This document shows, piece by piece, positions 1 through 8,526 of a stretch of 64,000 nt of DNA (positions are counted from its first letter, which is position 1; the number at the start of each line of letters is the position of its first letter). A program made the translations under genes and the position numbers. The notes beneath the pieces were generated by a model. It did not search any database. It was not told the origin of the DNA and saw only the letters and a list, made by a program, of their open reading frames with translations. Location of the stretch: positions 12,679-76,678 of the forward strand of contig JAFPYR010000128.1 in assembly GCA_017412115.1 (NCBI GenBank), in the 5' to 3' direction. This DNA is from Bacteroidales bacterium. Its GTDB lineage: Bacteria > Bacteroidota > Bacteroidia > Bacteroidales > UBA3824.

Positions 1-23
1 GACTGAAAAATAATAATAAGATT

Positions 24-98
24 AGGCGGATGCTTAATGTGTCCGCCTGTTTTTGTACAAATCTAACCGAAAAATATTTTGCATAACGAGAAACTTTT
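24..98 (+). repeat. Junction block A: GC hairpin plus promoter-upstream segment, repeated at 1543-1617; hairpin also at ~3025-3047
   Basis: aggcggatgcttaatgtgtccgcctgtttttgtacaaatctaaccgaaaaatattttgca aligns by eye with aggcggaagcttgaagcgttcgcctgtttttgcacaaatctatccgaaaaatattttgca. The hairpin is followed by a T-run, so it is terminator-like. Confidence 0.85.
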
Positions 99-109
99 AT
101 ATATCTTTG
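78..109 (+). promoter_or_regulatory. Bacteroidota housekeeping promoter for the MNT-HEPN operon
   Basis: TTTG (78-81), 20-nt spacer, TATCTTTG (102-109); ATG at 131. Confidence 0.75.
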
Positions 110-130
110 GAGCGAAAAAAATATTTGAGT

Positions 131-457
131 ATGAATCAAAGCACCACCTTGCAAAACATAAGAGAAGGCATTGACAAGATTCTTGCCAATATATTGCCTT
201 TAAAAAGTTGTGCCATTCTGTTCGGCTCCCGCGCACGAGGAGACGCAAGAAATGACAGCGATTGGGATGTGCTTATTCTTCTTGACAAAGACCGCATTAC
301 GCAATCGGACATTGATGAAGTAAGTTATCCTATCAGGGAATTAGGGTGGAAACTTGACGCTATGGTCAATCCAATCATGTACACAATGAAAGATTGGAAC
401 TCAAAAAGTTTCACACCGTTTTACAAAAATGTTATGAGAGAGGGGGTTGCAATATGA
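131..457 (+). CDS. Minimal nucleotidyltransferase (MNT) antitoxin
   Basis: LFGSRARGDARNDSDWDVLIL = GS-x10-DxD motif. Start moved to ATG 131, downstream of the promoter. ATGA overlap with the HEPN gene. Confidence 0.9.
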   Translation: MNQSTTLQNIREGIDKILANILPLKSCAILFGSRARGDARNDSDWDVLILLDKDRITQSDIDEVSYPIRELGWKLDAMVNPIMYTMKDWNSKSFTPFYKNVMREGVAI

Positions 458-870
458 GTTTGAACAATGAAGAGCGCAAGGCGATTGTTGAATTTCGCAT
501 AGAGAAGGCTATTAGAGCCTTCAATGAAGCCAAAGGAGTAATAAAACTTGGGTATTGGGAAACCATTGCCAACCGTTTATATTATGCAGCATATAATGCC
601 GTCTCAGCATTGCTAATAGCCAATGGAGATACAGCCCAAACGCATAGTGGAGTTATCCACTTGTTTGGATTACGCTTTATCAAAACAGGAGTGTTGAGTT
701 CTGATATGGGTAAATTGTTTCATAGTTTGTTTACAATGCGGCAAACAGGAGACTATGACGATACATACGGACTGACAGAAGACGACGTTATTCCAAATGT
801 TGAACCAACGGGCAAATTCATAGATAAAGTTACGACACTTGCCAAAGAGTTATTGAACAAAGATAAATAA
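454..870 (+). CDS. HEPN domain protein (toxin partner of MNT)
   Basis: NRLYYAAYNAVSALL, THSGV and RQTGDY (R-x4-Y) motifs; starts MSLNNEER at the ATGA overlap. Confidence 0.88.
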   Translation: MSLNNEERKAIVEFRIEKAIRAFNEAKGVIKLGYWETIANRLYYAAYNAVSALLIANGDTAQTHSGVIHLFGLRFIKTGVLSSDMGKLFHSLFTMRQTGDYDDTYGLTEDDVIPNVEPTGKFIDKVTTLAKELLNKDK

Positions 871-1205
871 TGAAACAAATCATCAAATTGTCGGAGCAAT
901 TCGGCACAAGAATACACATAAGGGCGCAGGTTGCGGCTTTTGAAAAGACACTTTCGCCTACGAATAGTTATTTGCTTGATTTTTCAGGCATTGAAACTGT
1001 TTCAAGGTCTGTTGCAGACGAATTTTATACACTTGTTCATTCGGGAAAGCACGTCGAAATGTACAATATGAGCGATTTTGTGCGCAAAATGTACGATGCT
1101 GTTACATACGGACGTTTTGTTCCTCGCAATTTGCAGTATTCGTTTGATGAAATTGTAGTTTGTCCCGATATGGAAAGCGTTAGGCGTAGTTTGAGAAGTT
1201 TTTGA
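870..1205 (+). CDS. STAS-like (DUF4325-like) small protein
   Basis: LDFSGIETVSRSVADEF resembles the STAS-like DFxGVxxxSxSFADE motif; TAATG coupling to the HEPN stop. Confidence 0.6.
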   Translation: MKQIIKLSEQFGTRIHIRAQVAAFEKTLSPTNSYLLDFSGIETVSRSVADEFYTLVHSGKHVEMYNMSDFVRKMYDAVTYGRFVPRNLQYSFDEIVVCPDMESVRRSLRSF

Positions 1206-1306
1206 CAGCCATCAAAAACGTTACAATTCTAAGGTCAAAAAAAGGCCTTAATATGTTATCGCTTGATTTTGCATTTAGAGTACGCCAAAATTACTATCAT
1301 CAAAAT

Positions 1307-1464
1307 ATGGCAAAACTGAAAAACGAAAAGGAATATCGTGCGGCGTTGAAAAGGATTAACGAACTTGTACATTACCCGATTGGCAAACCAAGCCTTCGCT
1401 CTCACTCGCCCGCACAATAAGTCGAAAACTAAACATTGAACCCTCAATCGTTTTGGGCGTATAG
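1307..1464 (+). pseudogene. higA: HigA-type HTH antitoxin remnant with internal deletions and a frameshift
   Basis: MAKLKNEKEYRAALKRINELV, then HYPIGKPSL, then in another frame LARTISRKLNIEPSIVLGV*. These match the N-terminal, middle and C-terminal pieces of Bacteroidota HigA; the HTH core is missing. Confidence 0.75.
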
Positions 1465-1617
1465 GCATTGTGGAATATTCTCTCCATTGGTCGGGGAACT
1501 GTTGGCGGAAAGGTTCATTTTTCCCTAAGAGACAGACAAAACAGGCGGAAGCTTGAAGCGTTCGCCTGTTTTTGCACAAATCTATCCGAAAAATATTTTG
1601 CAACAAGAGAAACTTTT
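1431..1617 (+). repeat. Junction block B: higA 3' end, conserved ~100-bp segment, hairpin and promoter-upstream segment
   Basis: 1431-1580 aligns with 2914-3062; 1543-1617 aligns with 24-98. Confidence 0.85.
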
Positions 1618-1622
1618 TTTGT

Positions 1623-2813
1623 TTATTCTTCTGTCAGCAAATTTCTTAATTGTTCTATATCGGGCAGGACTTTGCGGAATTTTTTGGGAATATCCTCTTG
1701 TGTTTTGTATGTAGCGACACCCATTGGAGCATCATATTTTTGAATTACAAACTCAACGTACGCATTGTTGGCCTCTCGGCACAAAATAATTCCGATAGAT
1801 GGGTTTTCATTCTTTTTGCGTACATCAACATCAAGTATTTGCAAGTACGACTGCAACTGTCCCAAATAGGCGGGTTTAAATTTGCCTTTTTTCAATTCTA
1901 CCGCCACAAGACACGCAAGTTCGCGGTTATAAAACAAGAGATCGATAAATTCGTTTTCACCAAATTTTTCTAAGTGGTATTGGTTGCCGACAAAGGTGAA
2001 GTCCTTGCCAAACATCATTATAAAGTTCTTAACGTTGTGTATAATCGCTTGTTCTACAACCTTTTCATCTGTATCTGAGCGGTCGCGGGCATTAAGTTCC
2101 TCTACATTGATGAAATCCAACAAATATTCGTCCTTGAACATCTCAATCGCCTTCAATGCCTGAGAGTGTTTTGGCAATGTCTTTATGAAATTGTTTGGCA
2201 TTGCCGATTGATGATGGTACAAGTCCTGTTTCAAAATGTCGCGTAATGTATATTTGTTCCATTTGTATTCAGAGGCTTTCTGAATGTAAAAAATCCGTTC
2301 TTCCAATGCTTTTGTTTTGAACAGGATTTCTATATGATGAGTGAAACTTATTGAAAGAAAGTTGTACGCAAGTGTTACATCAAAGGTTCCTTCTTTGAAG
2401 TTCAATTTGGATGCAAGCACCGGCAATTCAGCAGCCGACAGCTGTTGAATTGTAATATTTTGACTGTCAGTTGATTGTAATTCAACAGCCAATGGCTGTT
2501 GAATTGTAGCCGAATCCGTATAGATATAATCACGCCACTCTTCATAAAACTGCCTCATATTTCTGATACTTGACACGCCGAAGCCTTTCAGACCTGGCAA
2601 TTCCTTTTGCAATCTATCGCTGATAGTGTCTATTGCGCCGCTACCCCATTGCTCCATACGGGAATGGTTGGAGATGTACCTGCCAATCGAAAAATAAAGC
2701 GTCAATTGATTTGCATTTACATTTCTTGCCGCTTTGTTTTGGCTTTGTAGAATTGCGTTTTTAATATCCTCAACAGCACGGATGAGGCTGTTAGGAATAT
2801 CCTTGGTTTCCAT
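1623..2813 (-). CDS. YhcG/DUF1016 family PD-(D/E)XK nuclease
   Basis: N-terminal LYFSIGRYI..WGSGAIDTIS..GF...IRNMRQFY; C-terminal FTFVGNQY..FIDLLFYNRELACLVAVELK..GQLQSYL..NPSIGIILC. Confidence 0.92.
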   Translation of the reverse strand: METKDIPNSLIRAVEDIKNAILQSQNKAARNVNANQLTLYFSIGRYISNHSRMEQWGSGAIDTISDRLQKELPGLKGFGVSSIRNMRQFYEEWRDYIYTDSATIQQPLAVELQSTDSQNITIQQLSAAELPVLASKLNFKEGTFDVTLAYNFLSISFTHHIEILFKTKALEERIFYIQKASEYKWNKYTLRDILKQDLYHHQSAMPNNFIKTLPKHSQALKAIEMFKDEYLLDFINVEELNARDRSDTDEKVVEQAIIHNVKNFIMMFGKDFTFVGNQYHLEKFGENEFIDLLFYNRELACLVAVELKKGKFKPAYLGQLQSYLQILDVDVRKKNENPSIGIILCREANNAYVEFVIQKYDAPMGVATYKTQEDIPKKFRKVLPDIEQLRNLLTEE

Positions 2814-2913
2814 GTCAGTATCGTTTTAATATGTTTTCTGGCAACAAATTTAATCATAATAATTGATAGCGGCAAATGGAATTGAAAAAATTGTTTTCTG
2901 AAACATTCCTAGA

Positions 2914-3062
2914 AAACATTGAACCATCAATTGTTTTGGAGGATAGGCGTTATGGAATATTCTCTCCATTGTTCGGGGAATAGTTGGCGGAGAGGTTCAT
3001 TTTTCCTAAGGGACATACAAAATTGGCGGATGTTTAATGTATCCGCCCTTTGTTGCACAAAA
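2914..3062 (+). repeat. Junction block C (second copy of block B, starting with the same higA 3' end)
   Basis: aaacattgaaccatcaattgttttgg...tggaatattctctccatt...gttggcggagaggttcattttt...ggcggatgtttaatgtatccgcc. Confidence 0.85.
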
Positions 3063-3133
3063 ACTTTACTTGACATTTTTTGTAGTTTCGCAGAAATAAC
3101 CTATTTTTGTAGTGTTAGAAAATCTCATACAAA

Positions 3134-3781
3134 ATGAAGCCCCAAACACTACAAATACGTAACAGCACGGCTGACTTCTTGATTTTTACCAAACAGAACT
3201 CGCAAGACACGATTGAAGTACGTGTTCAAGACGAAGACGTTTGGCTGACACAGGACGGAATCGCAAGGTTGTTCGATGTGGAAAGATCTGTTGCCACCAA
3301 ACACCTTAAAAATATATTTAAAGAAAACGAATTACAGGAAGATTCAGTATGTGCAAAATTTGCACATACTGCCGCTGATGGAAAAACTTACAACACAAAG
3401 TTTTACAATCTTGACGCTATAATTTCAGTAGGTTATCGAGTAAATTCGGTAAGGGCGACACAATTCAGGCAATGGGCGACAAAAGTATTGAAAACTTTTA
3501 CAATACAAGGCTATGTACTTGATAAGCAACGTCTTGAAAACGGTCAAATTTTCGACGAACAGTATTTTCCAATGACAATGGAAGATTGGTCAAAACGGCT
3601 CAATAAGTTTTTGGATTTCAATGAAATGGAGATTTTAAACAACCACGGTAAAGTAACAGTCGAAATTGCCAAATCGTTTGCCGAAAGTGAGTTTGAAAAA
3701 TACCGCATCAAGCAAGACCGCCTTTATCAGAGCGATTTTGACCTTTTCCTTCAAGACGTAAACAAATTGACTGAAAAATAA
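3134..3781 (+). CDS. rhuM: RhuM-family (virulence RhuM-like) DNA-binding protein with an in-frame internal deletion; possible pseudogene
   Basis: VWLTQ..IARLFDV, YNLDAIISVGYRVNSVRATQFRQWAT, GYVLDKQRL. DEQYF is joined directly to PMTMEDW, skipping the usual central part. Promoter TTTG-19nt-TATTTTTG at 3079-3109. Confidence 0.8.
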   Translation: MKPQTLQIRNSTADFLIFTKQNSQDTIEVRVQDEDVWLTQDGIARLFDVERSVATKHLKNIFKENELQEDSVCAKFAHTAADGKTYNTKFYNLDAIISVGYRVNSVRATQFRQWATKVLKTFTIQGYVLDKQRLENGQIFDEQYFPMTMEDWSKRLNKFLDFNEMEILNNHGKVTVEIAKSFAESEFEKYRIKQDRLYQSDFDLFLQDVNKLTEK

Positions 3782-3801
3782 TAACATACACACCATGCAC
3801 C

Positions 3802-4004
3802 TCGGCTATCATAGAGACTGTCAATGACGAACAGAAAAACATAGCTCAAGTTGAACACTCAAGGCATCGGTCTATTAATAACTTCATAGTCAATATGCTT
3901 GGCGCAATTGCTGCTTATTGCTTGTTTCCGAAGAAACCGTGTATTGATTGTGAACGATATTTCGATAGGCAATTAACTTTATTCTAAATTCGTCGAACTC
4001 ACGT
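3802..4004 (+). mobile_element. IS982-family remnant: transposase C-terminus plus right terminal inverted repeat
   Basis: 3802-3987 translates SAIIETVNDEQKNIAQVEHSRHRSINNFIVNMLGAIAAYCLFPKKPCIDCERYFDRQLTLF*; end motif TCGAACTCACGT at 3993-4004. Confidence 0.85.
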
Positions 4005-4018
4005 TATATTATGTCTCT

Positions 4019-4045
4019 TGCAAACGATTGCGCAAACGTTTTCGC
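4019..4045. promoter_or_regulatory. Two adjacent LacI-type operator palindromes upstream of the GH65 gene
   Basis: TGCAAACGATTGCG and GCGCAAACGTTTTCGC; the same core occurs at 61150-61199. Confidence 0.75.
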
Positions 4046-4141
4046 ATTTTTTTTATATGTTTTTGGGGGTAATTTCGGGGAATTCCGTTAAAATAACCGT
4101 AAAATTGCAGTTAGAAACACTTAAAAAAAATTTAAGGACAA

Positions 4142-6406
4142 ATGAAAAATTATATCAAATACGACCCGTGGAAAATTATCGAGGAAGGTTTTAATCCCGA
4201 TTACAACAAAATCTCCGAAAGTATCTGTTCGTTAGGTAACGGAAAATTCGGACAAAGAGCAAATTTTGAAGAAAGTTTTTCAGGCAAGACTTTGCAGGGA
4301 AACTATGTTTCAGGCGTTTATTACCCCGATAAGACCCGCGTGGGCTGGTGGAAAAACGGTTATCCGGAATATTTCGCAAAAATGCTTAATGCTCCCGCTT
4401 GGATTGGTATCAAGACAATCGTTCAAGGCGAAGAGCTTGATTTGAATAAATGTGAAATTCAAGATTTTTCAAGAGTTTTGGATATGAAAAAAGGCGTTTT
4501 GGAAAGACGTTTTACTGCTAAAACTCAAAGCGGAAAAATTTTTCAAGTCGTTGCAACAAGATTTCTTTCGGTTTTAAGAGACGAAATCGGTGCAATTAAA
4601 TACACGATTATTCCTAAAAATTTCACATCTGAGGCAGAAATTCTTTGCGATGTTGATGCCGACATCAAAAACGAAGATTCAAATTACGACGAAAAATTTT
4701 GGATTGAAATTCTAAAGGTTTCCGATACTAACAATACTTTTGTTACCGCAGAAACCAAGAAAACACAGTTTCAGGTTTGTACGGCAGTCAAAATGGAACT
4801 TTCAAATTTTTCAAGTGTTGATAACATTTTGAAAGAAAAATACGCTGCAAAGAAATACACCGTTCAATTTACTGAAAACGAAGAATTTACTGTTTATAAA
4901 TACGCTGCCGTTACCTCGACGATGTATTATTCAAAAGAGGAAATTTCTTCAAAAACGTTGCAAGTTTTGGAAAAGGCATATAATGACGGTTTTGAAAAAC
5001 TTCTTGATGAACAAATCAAAACTTGGGACGAAAAATGGAAGGAATCCGACATTATAATCGAAGGCGATGTTGCCGCTCAACAAGGAATTCGTTTTAATAT
5101 TTTCCAATTGAATCAAACTTACACCGGCAGAGACGAGCGTTTGAATATCGGTCCTAAAGGTTTTACGGGCGAAAAATACGGCGGCACAACATATTGGGAC
5201 ACAGAGGCTTATTGTTTACCGTTTTATCTTGCAACCGCAGACAAAAAAGTTGCTCATTCGCTTTTGGTTTACCGTTGGAAACACCTCAAAAAAGCAATCG
5301 AAAACGCCGAAAAACTTGGCTTTACAGGCGGTGCGGCACTTTATCCGATGGTAACAATCAACGGTGAAGAGTGTCATAACGAATGGGAAATCACTTTTGA
5401 GGAAATTCACCGCAACGCTGCAATTGCTAATGCCGTAAAAATTTACGTTGATTATACCGGCGAGAAAAAATATTTAGCGGATTACGGTTTGGAAGTTTTA
5501 ATTTCGATTTCAAGATTCTGGGCTCAAAGGGTCAATTGGTCAGAAGACAAACAAAAATACGTTATGCTCGGCGTTACCGGTCCTAACGAATACGAAAACA
5601 ATGTTAATAACAACTGGTACACTTCGTTTTCGGCTGTTCAAAACATGAAGTACACTATCAAGGCGATAGATTTTGTTAAAACCAATTATCCCGAAGATTT
5701 CTTGCGTATAAAAAACGTTTGCAACTTTAACGAAAAAGAAACCGAAAAATGGCAAGAGGTAATTGAGAATATGTATCTCGGTTTTGACGAAAAACGTCAG
5801 ATTTTTGTTCAAAACGACGGATTTTTGGATAAGGAATTAATTCCGGTTTCAAAACTTGCCGCCTCTGAGCGTCCGATTAATCAGCATTGGTCTTGGGATA
5901 GAATTTTAAGAAGTTGTTACATCAAGCAGGCTGACGTTTTGCAAGGAATTTATTTCTTTGAGGAACTGTTTGATACTCAAACGATAAAACGCAATTTTGA
6001 ATTTTACGAGCAATTCACCGTTCATGAGTCTTCGCTTTCAAGTTGCATTCATAACATTTTGGCTGCAAGAGTCGGACTTTATGACAAAGCATATCAGTTT
6101 TATTTGAATGCGAGCCGTTTGGATTTGGACGATTATAACAACGATACTTGCGACGGTTGTCATATCACTTCAATGGGCGGTACTTGGATGACGATAGTTC
6201 AAGGTTTCGGCGGCATGAGGATAAAAGATGGTTTACCTTCGTTCAATCCGATAATCCCGAAACAATGGCAAAAATATGCGTTTAAAATCCGTCATCAAGA
6301 CAATTTGTTTTTGATTGAGGTTAGTCAGGGGGGAACCAAAATTCAAAAGCTCGAAGGCCCTGACGCAAAGGTACTTATTAATGGTGTTTTAACGGAAATA
6401 AAATAA
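4142..6406 (+). CDS. GH65 maltose phosphorylase-like glycoside phosphorylase
   Basis: ESICSLGNG, NIGPKGFTGEKYGGTTYWDTE, GVTGPNEY, IKQADVLQG, HESSLS. Confidence 0.93.
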   Translation: MKNYIKYDPWKIIEEGFNPDYNKISESICSLGNGKFGQRANFEESFSGKTLQGNYVSGVYYPDKTRVGWWKNGYPEYFAKMLNAPAWIGIKTIVQGEELDLNKCEIQDFSRVLDMKKGVLERRFTAKTQSGKIFQVVATRFLSVLRDEIGAIKYTIIPKNFTSEAEILCDVDADIKNEDSNYDEKFWIEILKVSDTNNTFVTAETKKTQFQVCTAVKMELSNFSSVDNILKEKYAAKKYTVQFTENEEFTVYKYAAVTSTMYYSKEEISSKTLQVLEKAYNDGFEKLLDEQIKTWDEKWKESDIIIEGDVAAQQGIRFNIFQLNQTYTGRDERLNIGPKGFTGEKYGGTTYWDTEAYCLPFYLATADKKVAHSLLVYRWKHLKKAIENAEKLGFTGGAALYPMVTINGEECHNEWEITFEEIHRNAAIANAVKIYVDYTGEKKYLADYGLEVLISISRFWAQRVNWSEDKQKYVMLGVTGPNEYENNVNNNWYTSFSAVQNMKYTIKAIDFVKTNYPEDFLRIKNVCNFNEKETEKWQEVIENMYLGFDEKRQIFVQNDGFLDKELIPVSKLAASERPINQHWSWDRILRSCYIKQADVLQGIYFFEELFDTQTIKRNFEFYEQFTVHESSLSSCIHNILAARVGLYDKAYQFYLNASRLDLDDYNNDTCDGCHITSMGGTWMTIVQGFGGMRIKDGLPSFNPIIPKQWQKYAFKIRHQDNLFLIEVSQGGTKIQKLEGPDAKVLINGVLTEIK

Positions 6407-6429
6407 TTTTTTTATTCGATACTTTCCTC

Positions 6430-6534
6430 GAGGTTGTCTAATAAAGTGAAAAAAATATATATTATCAGCAAGGGTACATTTGTTTTTCTTTTTTATTTTA
6501 AAAAAAATATATCACTTTAAAATTAGGCAACCTC
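6430..6534. mobile_element. ~105-bp MITE-like element with IS-type terminal inverted repeats
   Basis: GAGGTTGTCTAATAAAGTGA ... TCACTTTAAAATTAGGCAACCTC; AT-rich non-coding interior; no clear target-site duplication. Confidence 0.5.
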
Positions 6535-6650
6535 ATTTTTTTAACTTAGTTTCAGGTTTCTTTTTTGAAAATTTAAACATAAGATAACATTATAATTTTT
6601 AAATAATTAATAATTTTGCAGGTCAAAAAAACGTAAATAATTCAATCACA

Positions 6651-8459
6651 ATGCAGGACATCAGAAATATTGCAATCATCGCTCACGTTGACCACGGTAA
6701 AACCACATTGGTTGACAGAATTTTGCACCAGTCCCATCTTTTCAGGGAAAATCAGGAAGTTCAGGATTTAATCCTTGACAACAACGACCTCGAAAGAGAA
6801 AGAGGTATAACAATTCTTTCCAAAAACGTTTCGGTAAGATATAAAGGCGTTAAAATCAATATCATAGATACTCCCGGACACTCTGATTTCGGCGGCGAAG
6901 TAGAGCGTGTGCTCAATATGGCTGACGGCGTTATCCTTTTGGTAGACGCTTTTGAAGGTCCTATGCCGCAGACAAGATTCGTTCTTCAGAAAGCTATTGA
7001 ATTGAAACTCAAACCGATAGTAGTTGTTAATAAAGTTGATAAACCCAATTGTACGCCCGAACAGGTTTACGAACAGGTTTTTGACCTTATGTTTTCGCTT
7101 GAGGCGAGTGAAGACCAGTTGGATTTTCCCGTTGCATACGGTAGTTCAAAAGCCGGTTGGATGGGTCCCGATTGGAAAACTCCTACACAAGACGTATCAT
7201 ATCTTTTGGATTTGATTATCAAACACATACCTGCTCCGAAATATGTAGAAGGTCCGCTTCAGATGCAAATCAGTTCTTTGGATTATTCTTCTTATCAGGG
7301 CAGAATTGCAATCGGAAGAATTTACAGAGGCTCTATCAAACCGGGTCAAACCGTAGCCGTAATGAAAGCTGACGGCAAAATCGAACGTTCAACTGTAAAA
7401 GAGCTTTATACTTTTGAAGGTTTGGGCAAAGAGAAATCAAAACAAGAGCTTCCTTGCGGTGAGATTTGTGCTATTTTGGGTCTTGACAATTTTGACATCG
7501 GTGATACTGTTGCCGATCCGGAAAATCCTGAAGAACTCAAACGTATCCATGTTGATGAGCCTACGATGAGTATGCTTTTTACTATCAACAATTCACCGTT
7601 CTTCGGAAAAGAAGGTAAATTTGTAACATCAAGACATTTAAGAGAAAGACTTTTCAAAGAGACAGAAAAGAATCTTGCTTTGAAAATTGAAGAAACCGAT
7701 TCTCCTGAAAAACTTCAAGTTTACGGCCGAGGAATCTTGCATTTGGCGGTTTTGGTTGAAACCATGCGCCGTGAGGGTTACGAACTTCAGCTTGGTCAAC
7801 CTAAAGTTATTATCAAGGAAGAAAACGGTGTTAAATACGAACCGATTGAACTTTTAACAGTGGAAGTTCCTGAGACATTTTCATCTCGTGTTATTGACCT
7901 TGTTCAAAAACGTAAAGGTGATATTCTCAACATTGAGAGCAAAGATGACAGAGTTTTCTTGGAATTCAATATTCCTTCAAGAGGTATTATCGGTTTAACG
8001 AATCCGATTTTGACGGCAACGGAAGGTGAGGCTATAATTTCGCACCGTTTCAAAGATTTTGAACCTTGGAGAGGCGAACTTGCACGCGAGCGCAACGGTT
8101 CACTTATCGCAATGGAAACGGGAACAGCTATTCCGTATTCTATCAACAACTTACAAAGCCGTGGTAAATTTTTCATTTCTCCGGGTGATGAGGTTTATGC
8201 CGGTCAGATAATCGGTGAAACTACACGTCAGGACGATATCGTTGTTAATGTTACCAAGACGAAAAAACTTACGAATATGCGTGCTGCCGGCAGCGATGAC
8301 AAAATCATTATTGAACCGGCTACCGTTATGAGTTTGGAAGAAAATATGGAATATATCAACGATGACGAATACGTTGAAGTTACTCCGAAATCTATCCGTC
8401 TTAGAAAAATTATCCTTGACGAAATCGAAAGAAAACGTGCTTCAAGACAGACTGAATAA
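6651..8459 (+). CDS. typA: Translational GTPase TypA/BipA
   Basis: [49 protein letters not shown]; promoter TAATTTTG at 6611-6618. Confidence 0.97.
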   Translation: MQDIRNIAIIAHVDHGKTTLVDRILHQSHLFRENQEVQDLILDNNDLERERGITILSKNVSVRYKGVKINIIDTPGHSDFGGEVERVLNMADGVILLVDAFEGPMPQTRFVLQKAIELKLKPIVVVNKVDKPNCTPEQVYEQVFDLMFSLEASEDQLDFPVAYGSSKAGWMGPDWKTPTQDVSYLLDLIIKHIPAPKYVEGPLQMQISSLDYSSYQGRIAIGRIYRGSIKPGQTVAVMKADGKIERSTVKELYTFEGLGKEKSKQELPCGEICAILGLDNFDIGDTVADPENPEELKRIHVDEPTMSMLFTINNSPFFGKEGKFVTSRHLRERLFKETEKNLALKIEETDSPEKLQVYGRGILHLAVLVETMRREGYELQLGQPKVIIKEENGVKYEPIELLTVEVPETFSSRVIDLVQKRKGDILNIESKDDRVFLEFNIPSRGIIGLTNPILTATEGEAIISHRFKDFEPWRGELARERNGSLIAMETGTAIPYSINNLQSRGKFFISPGDEVYAGQIIGETTRQDDIVVNVTKTKKLTNMRAAGSDDKIIIEPATVMSLEENMEYINDDEYVEVTPKSIRLRKIILDEIERKRASRQTE

Positions 8460-8479
8460 GTTTTTTAGATAAAAAAATG

Positions 8480-8513
8480 AAACCCTCGTCGAAGAAAATC
8501 GGCGGGGGTTTTT
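8480..8513. terminator. Probable bidirectional intrinsic terminator between convergent typA and parC
   Basis: aaaccctcgtcga-agaaaa-tcggcgggggttttt. Confidence 0.75.
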
Positions 8514-8526
8514 AATTTTTTAGTTT

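Noticed and set aside
53-130. Longer N-termini for MNT (53) and HEPN (394) in the ORF track
   Set aside because: The extensions overlap the promoter or the upstream gene; ATG 131 and the ATGA overlap at 454 fit better
1202-1743. ORFs 1202-1420, 1256-1606 and 1468-1743 (and similarly 2919-3137)
   Set aside because: They run through the higA remnant and repeat blocks, and the reading frames are not preserved between repeat copies
24-3062. Junction blocks A, B and C as integron attC sites or a CRISPR array
   Set aside because: No RYYYAAC/GTTRRRY-bounded structure, no integrase or cas gene, irregular kb-scale spacing, and the blocks include gene ends and promoter parts
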